A stretch of DNA of 60,257 bases from Gammaproteobacteria bacterium (lineage in GTDB: Bacteria > Pseudomonadota > Gammaproteobacteria > Pseudomonadales > JANQJO01), in the NCBI GenBank assembly GCA_037380725.1, contig JARRRL010000023.1, positions 1-60,257 on the forward strand. The letters run 5' to 3'. Below are positions 58,186 through 60,257 of this stretch, one piece after another; the first letter of the stretch is position 1, and every line of letters begins with the position of its first letter. The notes below the pieces were generated by a model that did no database searches, had not been told where the DNA came from, and saw only the letters and a program-made list of their open reading frames with translations. The position numbers were made by a program, and so were the translations under genes.

Positions 58186-60257
58186 ATGAGCGTACTTTTT
58201 GACCAATGCCAATGCATCACGTTTTCGATCTCACGGGACAGAGAGAGCGCAACAGTTGTGAGCATCTCCAGCAGCAGAATCTCCAGAGCCACAACAACAG
58301 GTAGGGATGCACGTCATTGGCTTGCGCTTTTGGCTGGCCTATTTCTGATTATTTTATACCCAAGTTCCCCGCTTTGGGCTCAGGACGCCATCGCGTTTTT
58401 CTATGGAAATCCCGATCACGTCGAAGCTCTGAGCCTCTACGATCGCGTTGTCATTCAACCCGATCAAACCACGCCAGAAACCATTCAGCGCTTAAAAACG
58501 CTGGGCACCACCGTTTACGGTTACCTTTCTATTTCCGAGTTACCACAAGACGCCCTCGACGCCACACTCCAAAAGGCCCTTATCGGTGAAAACAAAAACT
58601 GGAATGCTCACATCTTCGACATCACGCACCCCACCTGGCAACAACACCTGCTGCAAACCGCAAAACACTATCGCGACATGGGATTTGATGGCGTGTTTCT
58701 GGATACACTCGACAGCTATCGCTTAACAAGCCTGTCCAACACCGCACAGCACGCACAAGCTCAAGGACTGGTGGACATCATCCAACGATTGAGCGCCATT
58801 TTTTCTGGCCAGGTTTTGATAAATCGCGGTTTCGACATTCTTGAAAGCGTCAGTCGATACATTCAAGCTGTCGTAACGGAATCGGTCTTTTACGCTTACA
58901 CACCCGGTCCGTCACCAGACCCATTTCAGCAACACGATGCCCCCCTTCACGTATCCACTACCAAACACATCACCACCGCCAACTACTTTCCCACATCTCC
59001 CGACGAACGCCGCTGGGCACTGAATGATCTGGCTAAAGCAAAAGCCTTAAATCTAGAAGTGATCGTGATTGATTATCTTGAACATCACTCGCAACGGTAC
59101 GCCCACGCCGCAGAATTGATCCGACTCGGTTTCACTCCTTACGTCACCAATGGCCTGCTCAATGAATATGGCGTTTCGACAAAAACACTGATCCGCAACC
59201 GTGTACTGGCCCTGTACGACAGCACACAGAACCCGCTGGTTGAGTCACACGTTTTCACCAATTTAACATTGCCTTTCGAGCGCGCCGGATACCCCATGGA
59301 TTTCTTTGACGTCCGTACGAACGCGCTTCCCCGGCCCGATACGTCTCGCTACGCGGGCGTCATCATTTGGCTGCCCAACCACAGCACACTCACCCAATCG
59401 CCCGAATTCGCCGAATGGATCGCCGCCTGGCACAAAGCGAGCGCAATCCTGTGGATCAATACCCCAGCATCACGCGCCATCCAAAATCGCCTTGGCTTCC
59501 ATTTCACCCCCTTACCCAGCACCAGTAACCACAGCGCCTGGCAGTTCAATGACCCACGCCACCTCGCCGGTTTTGAAAATACGCTCTCCAGCGCCGGTCC
59601 TGTTTTGAATCAAACGCTTCACTTGCGTGACCCCCATCGTGTCCTTTTTTCCCTCACGACCCCGACTGGAACCGCCCCTCTGGCCGCTCAAATGCCCTGG
59701 GGCGTCGTGGCCGTCTCAAACAGCCTTTTCATGACCGATCCTTTTAAAGACGTCCGCTGGATTCTCAATCCTGCAACCTTAATTCATGATTTTTTGGGTC
59801 TGCCAGCACTGCCCACCGCCGACGCCACCACCGAGTCGGGCCGACGTATTGCCACTGCTCATATCGACGGGGATGGTTTTCCTTCCCGCGCGACCCTCGA
59901 CAAACACCCCTACACAGCTGAGGTTATTCTCAACGAAATATTAACGTCCTATCCCGATATACCCACCACCGTATCGATTATCGAAGGCGAAATTTCAGAG
60001 CAGGGATTACATCCTCAGACCTCATCCGAATTGGAAGCCATCGCTCGTCGCCTGTTTGCCTTACCACACGTGGAAATCGCCAGTCATTCTTTCAGTCACC
60101 CGTTTTTCTGGAGCCGCGATCCAGAGAGCGTCTACGCCCCACTCGGTCAACACTTACCGCTTGAGGATTACGACCTGGATTTCACACGAGAAATATACGG
60201 CAGCATTGACTACATTAATCGCAGGCTGGCACCCAAAAATAAAAAAACAGCCGTTTT
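58186..60257 (+). CDS. pelA: PelA-like bifunctional glycoside hydrolase / CE4 polysaccharide deacetylase, 5' part; runs off the right edge
   Basis: My own translation (the ORF is not in the track; it is open to the window end). Signal/anchor WLALLAGLFLIILYPSSPLWA/QD, hydrolase region AFFYGNP...YDRVVIQPD...VYGYLSISEL...MGFDGVFLDTLDSY, CE4 motifs AHIDGDGF and IASHSFSHP. Confidence 0.8.
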   Translation, partial: MSVLFDQCQCITFSISRDRESATVVSISSSRISRATTTGRDARHWLALLAGLFLIILYPSSPLWAQDAIAFFYGNPDHVEALSLYDRVVIQPDQTTPETIQRLKTLGTTVYGYLSISELPQDALDATLQKALIGENKNWNAHIFDITHPTWQQHLLQTAKHYRDMGFDGVFLDTLDSYRLTSLSNTAQHAQAQGLVDIIQRLSAIFSGQVLINRGFDILESVSRYIQAVVTESVFYAYTPGPSPDPFQQHDAPLHVSTTKHITTANYFPTSPDERRWALNDLAKAKALNLEVIVIDYLEHHSQRYAHAAELIRLGFTPYVTNGLLNEYGVSTKTLIRNRVLALYDSTQNPLVESHVFTNLTLPFERAGYPMDFFDVRTNALPRPDTSRYAGVIIWLPNHSTLTQSPEFAEWIAAWHKASAILWINTPASRAIQNRLGFHFTPLPSTSNHSAWQFNDPRHLAGFENTLSSAGPVLNQTLHLRDPHRVLFSLTTPTGTAPLAAQMPWGVVAVSNSLFMTDPFKDVRWILNPATLIHDFLGLPALPTADATTESGRRIATAHIDGDGFPSRATLDKHPYTAEVILNEILTSYPDIPTTVSIIEGEISEQGLHPQTSSELEAIARRLFALPHVEIASHSFSHPFFWSRDPESVYAPLGQHLPLEDYDLDFTREIYGSIDYINRRLAPKNKKTAV

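Noticed and set aside
1-60257. CRISPR arrays, tRNA/rRNA genes and IS elements or transposases.
   Set aside because: All repeat arrays found are head-to-tail tandem duplications without spacers. No T-loop/acceptor-like tRNA signature, rRNA-like block, transposase, integrase or terminal inverted repeat pair was seen.

Overview
The window looks like chromosomal DNA from a (probably marine) gammaproteobacterium. That call rests on gene content only, and the taxon cannot be fixed from the sequence. The housekeeping backbone is a complete Na+-NQR operon nqrABCDEF followed by apbE, nqrM and sthA (13.9-23.2 kb), plus gor with an ABC1 kinase, msrB, an alaA-like gene, rluA-family, prc, rplU-rpmA, ispB and the start of a pelA-like gene. 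I found no rRNA, tRNA, CRISPR array, transposase or integrase.

Five blocks are not ordinary:
- **Tail-collar operon (1-6.5 kb, minus strand).** It encodes a PRMT-like methyltransferase, a formyltransferase, a Cys-rich unknown, two tandem phage-tail-collar (MdpB-like) proteins and a giant Ig-repeat secreted protein. This is my best candidate for an undescribed system.
- **c-di-GMP neighbourhood (34.7-44.2 kb, plus 50.9 and 58.2 kb).** It includes a PilZ domain fused to a Rossmann-type enzyme.
- **Low-GC islet (28.8-30.4 kb).** It encodes a Lys-rich protein with a bilobed hydrophobic segment, preceded by two coupled unknown genes.
- **Frame-disrupting lesions.** At least six conserved genes are broken: an SLT transglycosylase, alaA, cheB/cheR-PAS, apeB, rpmA and ispB. 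The apeB lesion carries an antisense aldehyde-dehydrogenase fragment.
- **Short tandem repeats.** Perfect 11-21 bp repeats are very frequent in both intergenic and coding DNA.

All protein-family calls come from motif recognition by eye. No database search was run.
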